Source of the DNA: Octopus sinensis
Taxonomy: Eukaryota
NCBI RefSeq assembly: GCF_006345805.1
Contig: NC_043002.1
Span: 9,486,001-9,550,000 of the forward strand
Reading direction: 5' to 3'
DNA: 64,000 nucleotides
A program made the translations under genes and the position numbers. Under the pieces are notes generated by a model that saw only the letters and a program-made list of their open reading frames with translations, searched no databases and was not told where the DNA came from. Of this stretch, positions 39,467 through 52,249 are shown in pieces. Within the stretch, counting starts at the first letter, position 1; every line of letters starts with the position of its first letter.

Positions 39467-40020
39467 CCCTTTCATTACTGTATTTAGTAAAACAACTTGG
39501 TTATCATTCAGCTAGTGTTAGGAACATAAATTGAGGCGATATTTCGTCTGTCAATTTCCGTAAAAAATTTTTTTTTTACATACGGGCTTGCGGGAACTTT
39601 TGAAGTAATATACATACATATACACATACACCGAGTAAAAAATTTCAGTTATCTCTTTCTTTCACACATTACTCTGTCTCTTCACACATACTAACAGAAG
39701 CACTTCACTTACACGACATACTTTCTGTCTCCCACACCCCATCAAACACACACACAGACATGTACATCAATGCTTCCCCTGGACGGTAACTTCAAAAGAA
39801 CTTCCCTCGTCATACAATCGCTTTCTCTTAGTCTCTTTCACTCTCATTACTTCAAAAGTTCCCGCAAGCCCATATGTAAAAAAAAAAAAATTTTACGGAA
39901 ATTGACGGAAAGGTCTACTAGAGACGAAAGATCGCCTAAATTGACTAAGGTTTGGTGGAAGATTTCGATTCAAAACTCATGAAAACAAGACATTTGTACT
40001 ACAGATCCACAGCCGGTTTT
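39467..40020. mobile_element. piggyBac-type MITE (family 1), partly deleted, hosting a nested MITE
   Basis: TTAA-CCCTTTCATTAC start; the flanks of the nested element are collinear with 63440-63560. Confidence 0.8.
39535..39936. mobile_element. 402-bp MITE with GG-starting TIRs and 8-bp TSD (Merlin-like)
   Basis: TSD TAAATTGA at 39527-39534 and 39937-39944; TIR GGCGATATTTCGTCT / AGACGAAAGATCGCC; about 60-bp subterminal inverted repeat. Confidence 0.88.
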
Positions 40021-40609
40021 TGAGAAAGAAAACATTATTTAAATCATTGAGATTGAATGAAAAATTTGTTAAGCTGTGTTATTTCTGCATATTTCTGAAT
40101 GCTAAACAAATGTTTACATTTAGGAAAGCCATTTCATGAGTCATTGGGAAATTACTGAAATCGATTACATTTCCTCTGTCTCTGCATGGCTGATCTGTTT
40201 GCCAGCTTGTTGGCAAAGGAAAACATTTTCTGCTTCTTCCTTAATGGCTGTAGGTTAATACACTGTGATTTGTGAGCTACTGGATTCTTTTGTTTCCAAT
40301 GTAGTTTATTAATATCTTTTTCATAATAGTTTAGTTGTAGCTTCTATACACTGTGGTTTATGCTTATTTTTTTTTCTGTATTTATCTCTCAGGAGTACAT
40401 TTTATTTATTTGGAGCATTTGCATAATGTTGGAGCAAGAATATTTGCACTGGCTGTCTCTACCACTATTAACTAGTATAATATGGAAGTGCTATACTGAT
40501 TATGACGAAGTCTTAAACACATGACCTTGTGGTCAGTTGTTCAACACCATAAACTTAACTGATTACCTATAATTTGATTAATGCTTTAAATTTTATTCTA
40601 GTATTTCCA

Positions 40610-40925
40610 TGCCGGTGGCATGTAAAAGGGCACCATTCGAGCGTGATCGTTACCAACATCGCCTTACTGGCACCTGTACTAGTGGCATGTGTAAAAGGAT
40701 TCGAGCGAGGTCATTGCCAGTACCGCCTGACTGGCCCCCATGCTGGTGACACGTAAAAAGCACCCACTACACTCTCGGAGTGGTTGGCATTAGGAAGGGC
40801 ATCCAGCTGTAGAAACTCTGCCAAATCAAGATTGGAGCTTGGTACAGCCATCTGGTTCGCCAGCCCTCAGTCAAAATCGTCAAACCCATGCTAGCATGGA
40901 AAGCAGACGTTAAACGATGATAATG
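40610..40925 (+). mobile_element. RTE 3' UTR and tail
   Basis: Homologous to the other tails. Confidence 0.88.
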
Positions 40926-40957
40926 GTGATATTTCAAAAGTGTTATCTAATGACTGT

Positions 40958-42285
40958 TCATCATCATTTAGCATCTGTTTTCCATGCTGGCATGGGTTGG
41001 ACAGTTTGACTGGAACAAGTAAGCTGGAGGGCTGCACCAAGTTCCCATCTGATTCGGCACAGTTTCTACGTTTGGATGCCCTTCCTAATGCCAACCACTC
41101 CAAGAGTGGATACTTTTTACTTGGCACCAGCGTGGGTGCTTTTATGTGCCATCGTCACAGCCGCTAGTTACAGGACACCAGCATCGGCCACAAATATGAT
41201 TTCACTTGGCTTGATGGGTCTTCTCAAGCACAGCATATCATCAAAGGTCTCGGTCACTTGTCACTTCCACGAGGCCTAACATTCGGAGATTATACTTCAC
41301 TACCATGTCCCATGTCTTCCTGGGTCTACCTCTTCCACAGTTAAAGATCACTTCTTTACACAGCTGTCTTTGTCCATATGCATCACATGACCATACCAGC
41401 GAAGTCTTCTCTCTTGCACATCACATCTGTCGCCTCGTATGCTCAACTTTTCTCTCAAGATGCTTACACTCTGTCGAATATGCACACTGACATTGCATAT
41501 CCAATGAAACCTACTAGTTTCATTTCTTTCAAGCCTATGTATATCCTCAGTGATCACAGCCTCTGTTTCACGGCTGTGTAGCATGACTGTTCACACCCAA
41601 GCATTGTACAATCTGCCTTTCAGTCAGAAGTAAAGGCCCTTAATTACCAACAAAGGTAGAATCTCTCTCAACTTTGCCCAACCTATTCTTGTTCTAGCAG
41701 CTATGCTCTTGGAGCATCCACCTCCACTGCTAACTTGGTCACCTAGATAATGGAAGCTATTAATTTTCGGTATCCTCCCTTGGCATTTGATGAAGTCTAT
41801 TTTCTGTACATTTCTAGTATCTGTACATCTCCCCCCCACAAAGAATATTTTTCCTGTTAACCTTCTTCTGATATTGCTGCACCTCTTATGTGTCCATAGC
41901 TTGCACTGTTTACATGTTATGGAGTTTCTACCTATGCCTTTTCTACATATCGAGCAGGGCCCGAAGGGATTTGTGATTGATCTATTTTCCTACTTACTAA
42001 GATTTTGGTTTTTGCTAAATTAACTCCATGACCCTTTGATTCTAGACCTAGTCTCCACATCTGAAATTTCTTCACTAGTTCTGTTAGTGATTCAGCTACA
42101 AGAACAAGGTCATCAGCATAGAGGAGCTCCCAGGGGCAGCTCGCTTTAAATTCCTCTGTCATTACCTGGAAGACTATAATGAACAGGAGGGGCTGAGGAC
42201 TGACCCTTGGTGAACCCCTACTTGTACCCTGAATTCATTGTAATCCTCATTACCAACCCTCACCTTACTGACAGCATCCCTATAT
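40958..42285 (-). mobile_element. RTE-clade LINE fragment with tail
   Basis: WELLYADDLVLVAES; FHYLGDQVSSGGGC; MLHSRETEA. Confidence 0.9.
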
Positions 42286-43649
42286 TTGTATTTATTATAT
42301 ATAAGATATAAAAATAAACGGAGACATTAATTGAAAAATCTGAGATATGTAATGCATATATATATTTTTGAGAAACATACATACAAAAATTCAATGTTGA
42401 AAAGAAAATGTGAATATCAACAATTTTAGATTGCAGCTATGAGAGTGATATGCTGATAGACAAAATCATTCCCTGGTCCAATTTTAACAATATTCGGTGC
42501 TACTCTGAATGAGTTTGCTCTAGGTTTTTCTCTGTCTCTACATATGTTACTAATTTCTCTTCCTTTCACATCTATACTGGATGGGGTTTATAGTAAGGAT
42601 CAAAATCCATGAACTTCTGAGTGGGTTTATGGAAATAGATTCAATTTATTTAGGCAACCTTCCAAATATAAACAAAATTTATATTAACTATTGATTTATT
42701 TTGACTCTGCACAGAGTCACCTTTTTCTAGAGGTACAGTTGATTGTGAATTACCCCCAAGTACATTGGTAGTTTCTTTTATTGATCCCCCTTGGGTAATG
42801 AATGATGAAATCAATACTGTTTAGATTTCAGAATGTGGATAGTCTATAAAACATCTGATGTTTTATGATTTGCTATTATTGTCATTTATATCAACTTACT
42901 TTCCTGACTGAAACAAAATATTATGTTCCTTGACATAATTACCCATTTCTCAAGTCATCAAAACCCCATGGAGTTCTGCTCTTTCCCTTTGAAATGAAAA
43001 ACATATTCCTCTTTGTACACCCATATACTGGGACTATTTATACTTTCATATCTCCTTGGCAACTGTTGAATTAATTAGGATTCATGCCTGCCTACCAAAA
43101 TCAATAAACGTTTCTGGTTGTAAATAAAACAAAAATTTTTGGGGTGTGCTTATGTAGCTATGAAAGAATTAAATTTTAGTGTTTACTATGATAGTTATAT
43201 TAATGATAGGAAATGTATAAGAAGTGACACTAAGGGTGGCATGAGTTTATATTTTGGTAACATAATGGAAGAATATCTGTCTGTCTGTATGACTTTTCTC
43301 TCTCCCCACATGCACACACAATGATTTCTTTTGACTAGTCATTCGGCCAGTTTTCTAAAGGAAGAATATATTCAATAGAATTGGTATATATTTTATTGAT
43401 CACTGAGGAATGAAAAGTGTAGTTGATTCCAGCACAGATTTGAACTCAAGATTATTTGAAAATTGGATAGAAAATGCATTTGCAGTCATTTCTGAAGACA
43501 CTTATTTTTATATTGTTAAATTTTGAAGTAACTTGCAGTTTTTTTTATGCTTTTGAAGCACAAGTGTTAAAATTAAAAGATGCTGGACTACTAACCATGG
43601 GTTCATACTACTGACCATGATCATGGGTTCATACTTTGCTTTTCCATAG

Positions 43650-43661
43650 TTTGTTTAACTG
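43650..43661 (+). other. Candidate 12-nt microexon in the RASSF intron
   Basis: TACTAAC at 43589, TACTGAC at 43609, ctttgcttttccatAG|TTTGTTTAACTG|GTAAGT. Confidence 0.35.
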
Positions 43662-44454
43662 GTAAGTTCCTCTCAACAGTAAAATTAATTAAAAAAATAT
43701 CCCATGTAAAGTATCAACAAAACTGACTTAAAACAACAAATAAAATGTTACCTTAAATATTTTTGGTACTAGAATTCAGTTTGGTATCTGGATATGAATG
43801 CTTTTTAAGAAAAAAATTGTTTAGATAACCCAAAACACTCTTTCTAAGCTAGAGGTTATCTTCTAGATATATAAAACAAAGGCTGTCTATATGTGTAATA
43901 CATATGCATTTCTAGTTTCCAACCAATTTTCACCAAACGTTACACACACATTACTTATGTGCAAAGAGTGGTCATGCTCTATAATTTTTTGCCCAGAGCT
44001 TCTTTACAAAGCGAGAAATGGGGGACAAAGGTGTTCTATACGGGTTTTCTCTAAAAACTGCAGTTGTACATGTGTGTACATGTATGAGAAAGAAAATTGT
44101 TGACAGGAAATTAAGGAGTCCTAAGAGCAATAGGAGTTAATATGTTGGTTATACATTAAAAGAATAAAGAATTTTTCATATTTCATTTTTAATATAATTT
44201 CATTTGTGACCCTAAGCGCAATGTACCAAGTTAGAATAATGAAGGAAAAGGCTTAAAAAGGTGATGACTACCATGGAGTTGTATCGAAAGACCATTTCTG
44301 CTTCATTAGAGCAGTATTATATTTTGTATCAAATAAATATTTGTTAATGTAACCAGTTTTAATTGAAAGAAATTATTACTAAAGCTAAAAAATGTTTTGA
44401 AGTTGTATAGGAAATTATTAAATACAAACCATCTATCATCAAAAAACGTAAAGG

Positions 44455-44647
44455 TTCATCATCATCATCATCGTTTAACGTCCGCTTTCCATGCTAGCAT
44501 GGGTTGGACGATTTTGACTGAGGGCTGGCAAACCAGATGGCTGCACCAGGCTCCAGTCTTGATTTGGCAGAGTTTCTACAGCTGGATGCCCTTCCTAATG
44601 CCAACCACTCCGTGAGTGTAGTGAGTGCTTTTTACGTGCCACCGGCA
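44455..44647 (-). mobile_element. RTE 3' UTR and tail
   Basis: Homologous to the other tails. Confidence 0.88.
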
Positions 44648-44689
44648 GATATTTTTTTCTTAAACATTGATTTCTGACTTGAACAAAGC

Positions 44690-47618
44690 CACAATGAAAC
44701 ATTCTGGAGAATTTATAAATTTCTGTTCTGTTACATCATCGCAAACCTTCAGTTGAAAAGCTGCCTTGCCATTTACCTGGGGAATTAATGGTAGTGTATC
44801 AGCAAGGATGGGAAGAAAATGTTTCTAGAGGACAGCCAGTGACTAAGCTGACTGAATATTTCCAGCTGAATATTAGAGATCCACTGTCAAAAAACATATT
44901 GTATATTAATATACCAAAATATTTCAATTGGGTAAACAAAAAGGGGCATCGGGATGGTGATGAACAATTTGAGTGAATCTCTTGGACGCATTCCAGCAAT
45001 ATCTCTGAGCTGTATTACCTAACAATGATCTTAGATCACAAGGCTAGGTCAACTTCATACAAAGATTTGAGGACAATTGATGGAATCGAATTTCCAACAT
45101 TCCAAGAGGCATGTAGGAAACTAGGTCTGTTGGATGAAGATGGAGAAAAAGACAAAGCTATGGAAGAGGCTTCATCCATTACATTTGGACATCAGCAGCG
45201 AGAGATCTTCTGAACCATCTTAGTGTACTGCATGCCAAATGGTCGTCTGCAGTTCTGGGTGAAATGGAAGAATTGTCTTGCTGAGGATATCATTCCTGAA
45301 CGTCACGAGCAAGTCATATCAGAGCAAAGCATGCAGATTGTTCTACAGAAGATCCATCAAAGCCTTCAAAATGAGGGCTTGGACATCCATGTCAACTGTG
45401 GATTTCCTTGGCCAGACCCAACTATTGTTACCACACCAGAACTCAATAGGGTTCTTATGGGAGAAACTGGTTTCAATGCACAACAACTGCAAGCAAACAT
45501 AAATGAAGTTTTGCCAATATTGTATCCTGAGCAAATGGTTGTTTTCCACAAAGTCATCACCTCAGAAAATAAAAATGAAGGTAGAATTTTCTGTTTGAAT
45601 GCAACTACATACAGGTACAGGAAAAATCTACATCATCAACATCATACTGGATTACATTTGATCTCAATAAAAAGATTGCACTTGCAACTGCCTTTTCTAG
45701 AATAGCAGCCATTTCACAGGTAGAACTCTTCATTCCAAATGCAAGATTCCTATCAATGTGATTGCTGAATCAATTTGCACCTTCACAAAGAGGGATATCA
45801 CAGGTAAACTAATGCAACAAGCTGAACTGCTAATTATTGATGAGATAAGTATGGAACATAAACACATCTTCAAATGCCTTGATAGGGGCTTGCAAGATGT
45901 TTGAGATTGGAAAAAGCCATTTGGTGGTCTAACAGTATTATTGTCTGGTGACTGGAAGCAAATTCTTCTTGTTGTGTGTCATGGTGCTAGACCACAAGTA
46001 GTTGAGGCAACCATCAAGAGATCTTATCTCTGGGACTATGTAGAAACAGTGGAGATGACATCCAATCAACGTTTATTTAATGCAGGGGAAGATGATGAAA
46101 GACAGTTTTCAAACTATCTTCTTGATATAGGAAACGGTAACATTCCAACTGTACTGACTATTCACTATTTCTCTGCCAAATGAATTTTGTCTGTAATATG
46201 GTGATCTGTCTGGACTGTGTGATATTGTATATAACAATTTTCGATGAAACTACTCAAACCTACTACGGCTTGCAAATAGAGCCATTATCACTCCAACAAA
46301 TGAAGCAGTAAGATTGGTCAGTGAATTCATGTTTAACAAGTTCCCTGGTCATGAAAGAGTCTACAAAAGCTCTGATACAATAGATAATGAACTGCAATAT
46401 CCTCTTGAGTTGATCAACAAACTTATCCCATCGGGCTTCCCAGCTTACATTCTTAAACTAAAGAAAGGCATTTGTATCTTCATCATCATCGTTTAACGTC
46501 TGCTTTCCATGCTAGCATGGGTTTGACGATTTTGACTGAGGGCTGGCGAACCAGATGGCCGCACCAGGCCCCAATCTTGATCTGGCAGAGTTTCTACAGC
46601 TGGATGCCCTTCCTAACGCCAACCACTCCGAGAGTGTAGTGGGTGTCTTTTATGTGCCACCGGCATGGGGCCAGTCAGGCGGTACTGGCAATGACCTCGC
46701 TTGAATCCTTTTACACATGCTACCAACACAGGTACCAGTAAGGCAATGTTGGTAACGATCATGCTCGAATGGTGCCCTTTTACATGCCACTGCTTCTGAG
46801 AAATCAGGATCCTCTAAATGAATATCTTAATGGTACGCACTATATCATTATCATGTGATTGAAGCTGAAGTGGCTTTGGGGCCCAATGCTGGAACCAGGC
46901 TGCTTATCCCCAGGATACCTCATACATCTCAAGAGCTTGAGTTCCCTGTCTCCTTTACTCACAAGCAATTTCCTGTCAAACCAGCCTTTGCTCTTACATG
47001 CAACAAAGCACAAGGGTAGGCATTTGAAAAGATAGGTGTATATCTACCAACACGATTCTTCACACATCGTCAGATGTATGCTGCATTATCAAGAGCGTCG
47101 AGAAAAGAAGTTATAAAAATATTAACCTAGATAAATGAAAAGGGTTCATTTGCTGACAAAGAAATTCTATAGTGATGTTAAACATTCATTACTCACTTTT
47201 AATTGAAATGTATTTAAGTCTTTTTTTTAACTGCTAGGAAATGGACACTAGAAACACTTAAGTCTATAAGTGAATATAGTAAAACAACAATAAAGCAAAA
47301 CTCAACTCTTCATATTGGTAAATGTGATTTATTAATTCCCACCACGGGATCTATTTTCAAATTCACTCAAGTGAAGATTCAGGAACATTTTCCCCTTGAC
47401 AGTCTCAACACTTTTCCAATTGTCATTATTGTCTTTTCTAAATCTATCATAGATTATTTTACTGATTACAGAATAAATCGTTACAAAGTCTTCGTTCAAT
47501 TCATGTGCACATTGTCAATTTGCTTTATAATTTATGTATCATATCTATATTTAATTATATCAATATGCGCAATACATATGCTAGCAGAAAACTGCTTAGA
47601 GGGCAGGTTTTCTGCTAG
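44690..47618 (+). mobile_element. Helitron, 5'-truncated RepHel pseudogene (PIF1-type helicase) with 3' terminus
   Basis: TKLTEYFQLN..DP; TSYKDLRTIDG..TFQEACRKLGLL; LLIIDEISM; PFGGLTVLLSGDWKQIL; QFPVKPAFALTCNKAQG; ends in a hairpin with CTAG|T at 47615-47619. Confidence 0.92.
46484..46790 (-). mobile_element. RTE tail inserted into the Helitron helicase
   Basis: Interrupts LKLKKGICI / LLLR. Confidence 0.88.
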
Positions 47619-47629
47619 TATATATAATT

Positions 47630-47985
47630 TACCTGTTTCAGTCATTAAACTGAGACCATGCCAGGGTACCGCCAAACATTGACCCAGTACATATTTGTTT
47701 TAACCCTTGTACTTATTCTATCATTCTCTTTTACCGAACTTCTAAGTTACGAGGATGTAAACACACCAACACTGGTTGTCAAGTGGTGGTGGTGGGACAA
47801 ACATAGACACGAAGACTAAAACACAACACACACACACACACATATGGGCTTCTTTCAGTTTCCGTCTATGAAATCCTCTCACAAGGCTTTGATCGGCCCA
47901 GGCTATAGTAGAAGACACTGCCAAAGGTGTCATGCAGTGGGACTGAACCTGGAACCATGCAGTCGAAAAGCTAACTTCTTACAAC
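47630..47985 (-). mobile_element. SINE family B, diverged
   Basis: Homologous to the other B copies. Confidence 0.8.
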
Positions 47986-48140
47986 CAGCTGATTAGTATG
48001 GGCATAGGATGTAAATGAGATGTAGTGAAAATTACCATGTATTGACTGTGAAAAATAAGTGTGACTGTAAAGTCCATGTTAAATACGGAAGAAACAAAGC
48101 TGTCTGAATGAGTGAGGAAATGAAGTAAATGCACAGGATT

Positions 48141-48343
48141 ACTCTTTTACTCTTTTACTTGTTTCAGTCATTTGACTGCGGTCATGCTGGAGCACCGCCT
48201 TTAGTCGAGCAAATCGACCCTGGGACTTATTCTTTGTAAGCCCAGTACTTATTCTATCGGTCTCTTTTGCCGAACTGCTAAGTGACGGGGACGTAAACAC
48301 ACCAGCATCTGTTGTCAAGCAATGCTAAGGGGACAAACACAAG

Positions 48344-48375
<32 letters not shown>

Positions 48376-48547
48376 CATATATATGACAGGCTTCTTTCAG
48401 TTTCCGTCTACCAAATCCACTCACAAGGCATTGGTCGGCCCAGGGCTATAGCAGAAGACACTTGCCCAAGATGCCACGCAGTGGGACTGAACCTGGAACC
48501 ATGTGGTTGGTTAGCAAGCTACTTACCACACAGCCACTCCTGCGCCT
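48141..48547 (-). mobile_element. SINE family B, full length
   Basis: Minus-strand head aggcgcaggagtggctgtgtggtaag. Confidence 0.92.
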
Positions 48548-48789
48548 ACTTAGATTGTATTTTTTTTCTTTGGTATAGGGAAATAGACTTGTTTAGAAAT
48601 TAGCTAAATCAAAGATTCTATCCCAAAAGTAAAGAAAAAATCCTAAGTTAGTATTAATATATCTGATGTAAGGAACATTAATGAGATGAGTAGAAATAGA
48701 TTTCTTTATTTAGCTACATGGTATGTACACTAATAGATAACAAGATGACTTTTTTTTCAACAATTTGAATTCCCAAAAAGAGGAGAAAC

Positions 48790-49990
48790 TAGCCACCTTG
48801 AGGGCAGTCACCAAGTATCGATGGTCGGCCCTGTCGAAGGCTTTTGATTGATCAGCACTCCACTTATGCCAGATTCCTTAACTACCCTATCCATGATGTA
48901 GCGCATGTGGTGGAGGTTGTCATGGATAGTTCAGCCCAGCATGGTGCATGTTTGCACCTTGTCAACCAGTTTCTCGATGACAAGCGCCAACCTCTCAGCT
49001 AGCCCTTTGGCCCAAATTTTCAAATCTGCGTTGAGCAGAGTGTCAAGCTGGAAATTATCTATAACATTCCTCTTGTTTGGGTCTTTCTTTTGCACTGTCA
49101 CCACTCCTCAGCTCACAAAACTGGGGATACTCCTGCTTTGCTGCCAGTTGCAGTAGACTGATGCCAAGAGATCTCCAAACAAGCCTGGCATATGACAATA
49201 AAACTCGTAGGGCAGACTGTCCAAGCCTGGCGACTTGTCTCTTGCACAGCTTGCCATTGCATTCTGTACATCGGTGGCTGGGATGGGACCTTTACAACAC
49301 TCTGACTATCTTGCCGAAAGTTGTGACAAGCCGTGCAGGCAGGCACTAAAGTCTATCCTATGTTCTGACCCACTACTTGTCCTGAACAATTGGGCAAAGT
49401 GCTACTGAAAGGCCTCACACATCCTTTCAGGTTCGAGTAAATCGTACCCCTGTTGATCTATCAGAGACTGAATGGTCACTTTGTTGCTATGTTGTGCCTC
49501 TGCCACTTGGCCCTCTTGTGCGACATTATTCCCTTGTTTCTTAGGGCATGCATCCTAGCTCTGACAATGCAACCTTTGTGTTTGGCATTGAAATGTTGGT
49601 CAAGGGCTAACCTCATCGCCAGCATGTTGGTCGCATCACTTAGACCACTTCTAAGTGCCCCTTCTAATTTCTTAACTAGGTCTCCCTCTACTCTATTTTG
49701 ACCTATTGCTAAATCTTTGCTATACCTAATCGACTGTGCTCTAATTGCCTTCTTTAGGGCAAACCACCAGTGGTTGTTGATGATGGCTCCTGTCAGTACC
49801 CTCCTAACTAACATGCTAACGCAGTCTCTGCAAGCCTGTCGCACCAGGAGTGATGCGTTCAGTTTCCAGTATCCAGGACCCTGCCTATGATTCTTATCTA
49901 AGTCGAGTGTACAGGTCACGAATTTGTGATCTGTGTGGAGCTGACTATGAGAAATAATGTTCTGAGGTAGTTAGTCATATCCTATATTTA
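48790..49990 (-). mobile_element. L1/Tx1-clade LINE fragment (endonuclease end, linker, start of RT)
   Basis: DHKFVTCTLDL...GPGYWKLNASLL...WWFALK; TLLNADLKIWAKGLAERL...QTC. Confidence 0.85.
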
Positions 49991-50299
49991 GCACCAAATA
50001 CAGGTTATGAGTGACTGATAATTTGGCCAGCCATGACTACCACCAATATGTATGTTAGTATGGTGCAAATTCAAGCACAAAAGAGGCAGTTTCTAATCTA
50101 GACTAAGCTTTTAAACTAGTAATAAGTTATATAATAACTATTGAAATATAGACTTTTCTATTTATTCATACACACTTGCACACAAGTGTTACATTTCTGT
50201 ATTGTTGATATGATACAGGTGTGACTAATCTATGCTTGAATAAACTGCATTAAAAGAAATAGTTATTGAGGTTGTGTTAATGAATAAATATGCACTACA

Positions 50300-50667
50300 T
50301 CTCTCTATATATAAACGGCAAAATGTCTGTGTGTATGTGTGTCCTTTATACAAATCCACAATTTTTCAGTTAGAGGACTCGCACTTTCTACGGTCATTCA
50401 AAACAGTCCAAGGGTGGTTGTGCACATCTTTACTTTTCCCCAGTCACCCTGCAAAGCCATTAAAAAATCAATAGAAGTGACTTTTTTGTGAATTTTCTAT
50501 CCAAAACCCAATCAAAATGCCCGAAACTTGATACGCCAATTGAATGCCAGCTAGCTGTATGTGATTGGTCGGAGATTTGGACAGTACTCACGTGTATGTG
50601 CACACGCACGCAGCTGTATATGCATGCACTAGCACTATGACCTGGCAACACCGTGTCATAGTGCTAG
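50300..50667 (+). mobile_element. Non-autonomous Helitron (368 bp)
   Basis: A|TC 5' end (TCTCTCTATATATAAA, then a TGTC/TG-rich tract); 3' hairpin ending CTAG|T; no TSD. Confidence 0.82.
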
Positions 50668-51168
50668 TTATTGTATAAAACAATGAAGTAATATAGCCCA
50701 TTGTTTTCTATTTTACTTCTTTCTAGTGTTTCCTAAACTCTACAGGTTTGGTTGTTTTGTTTATTAAATCTTCAATAATATTAAGGTAAGGAAAAGAAAA
50801 ATACCAAACCCCACAAATTTTCCTGAGCTAACCCTCACCCATTTCCTATTTGTTGACTCACCTTGCTTTATGGATGAGTAAGAAGGTTTTTATAAGGACA
50901 AATTCATGGTGAGTTTTAACAGTTAACACACAAAGAAAGTGGCTGATAAATAAGAAAACAATTGTCAATTATTGTTTCTAATGATTTTTGTGCTGAGTTC
51001 ATGCAAAAATGGCTTGAAAGTCATAACATGCCAGGGGGAAATAACATCACTAGGTGAGACAAGCTGACACTGAATTAGCTTCGCTGACTGACAGGTGACA
51101 GTCGTTTAGAGAATGTACAGGCTAAGACTACACGCCTTCACTAGTCAGTTAAGGTGAGACAGTGTCAT

Positions 51169-51481
51169 GTGACAACTTGCTGGGGCTGCCTGCTGGAGCC
51201 TAGCAGCAGGTATTTAAAGGGAAAAATTTGACAAGTCAGTCAGTCACCGGCTGACACTCGCTGACGATACATCGAAGAGGCAAGGGAACAGAAGAAAGAA
51301 GACATGCTCTCAACACCAGAGCTGAAGACACCTCCGAAAGAGGGGGCCCTGCCACATCAAAACAGTTGAGGAGTAGGGGCCGAAACCGGACATGGTTCCT
51401 CCTGATAATGTCTCGAGCTAACTGGATCCTATAAAGGAGCTGTTGTTGTAGCAGACCACGAAACATGGTTGTAATTCCTCC
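51169..51481 (+). repeat. Unclassified interspersed repeat (possible Penelope pseudo-LTR); second copy at 62560-62750
   Basis: gtgacaacttgctggggctgcctgctggagcctag...ggtatttaaaggg shared; degenerate hammerhead-like motif at 51330-51396. Confidence 0.7.
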
Positions 51482-51742
51482 TGTCATTTTATCTGTAACT
51501 GGAAATATTAAACTTCTATTAATATTTTCTGAAAATAGAAGAGAAATAGTGATCAGATTTTGTAGATATGGAAATTATTTGTACATGATAATTTAAGTCT
51601 ACTAAACTGTTAGATTAGTAAAAATGAGCCCTAATTTATTTCTTATATAATGTTATATCTTAATTACATTACAAATCAAAAAATGCCAGTTGAGGTTTTT
51701 GAAATAGTTTTTTGGATATAAAGATGTTAATAGCATTATATA

Positions 51743-51964
51743 TTTCTTTACTACCCACAAGGGGCTAAACACAGAGGGGACAAACAAAGACAGACAAACG
51801 GATTAAATCGATTATATCGACCCCAGTGCGAAACTGGTACTTTATTTATCGACCCCGAAAGGATGAAAGGCAAAGTCGACCTCGGCGGAATTTGAACTCA
51901 GAATATAACGGCAGACGAAATATGGCTACGCATTTCGCCCGGTGCGCTAACGTTTCTGCCAGCT
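51743..51964 (-). mobile_element. SINE family A
   Basis: Family A sequence in reverse. Confidence 0.9.
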
Positions 51965-52249
51965 AGCATTATAATATATCATTACTAGAAAATTGAAATA
52001 CAAGTAATTAAAACAAAATATGCAAAACAAATGAATATGTAGAACATGAGGGGTTTAGTTCACTGATGATGTAAATGAATAGGTATGCTGCATAAGTGCT
52101 GTAATTGGTCATGCATTAAGTCAAGTTTGCAGCTGTGGCTGGAGCTAGGGATCTGTCGTAGGCTTCCAAGTCAGCAGGTATATATTAAAGGAAAAGGAAA
52201 ACAAAACCAAGGCAGGATAAGCATCTCAGGTTGTTTAGAATATTTAATT

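Noticed and set aside
45000-47130. Host PIF1 helicase gene
   Set aside because: Intronless, with stops and frameshifts, Helitron-specific upstream motifs and a Helitron terminus.
50770-50795. AAG|GTAAGG and similar AG-GT juxtapositions as further ratchet sites
   Set aside because: No polypyrimidine tract or branch point directly upstream.
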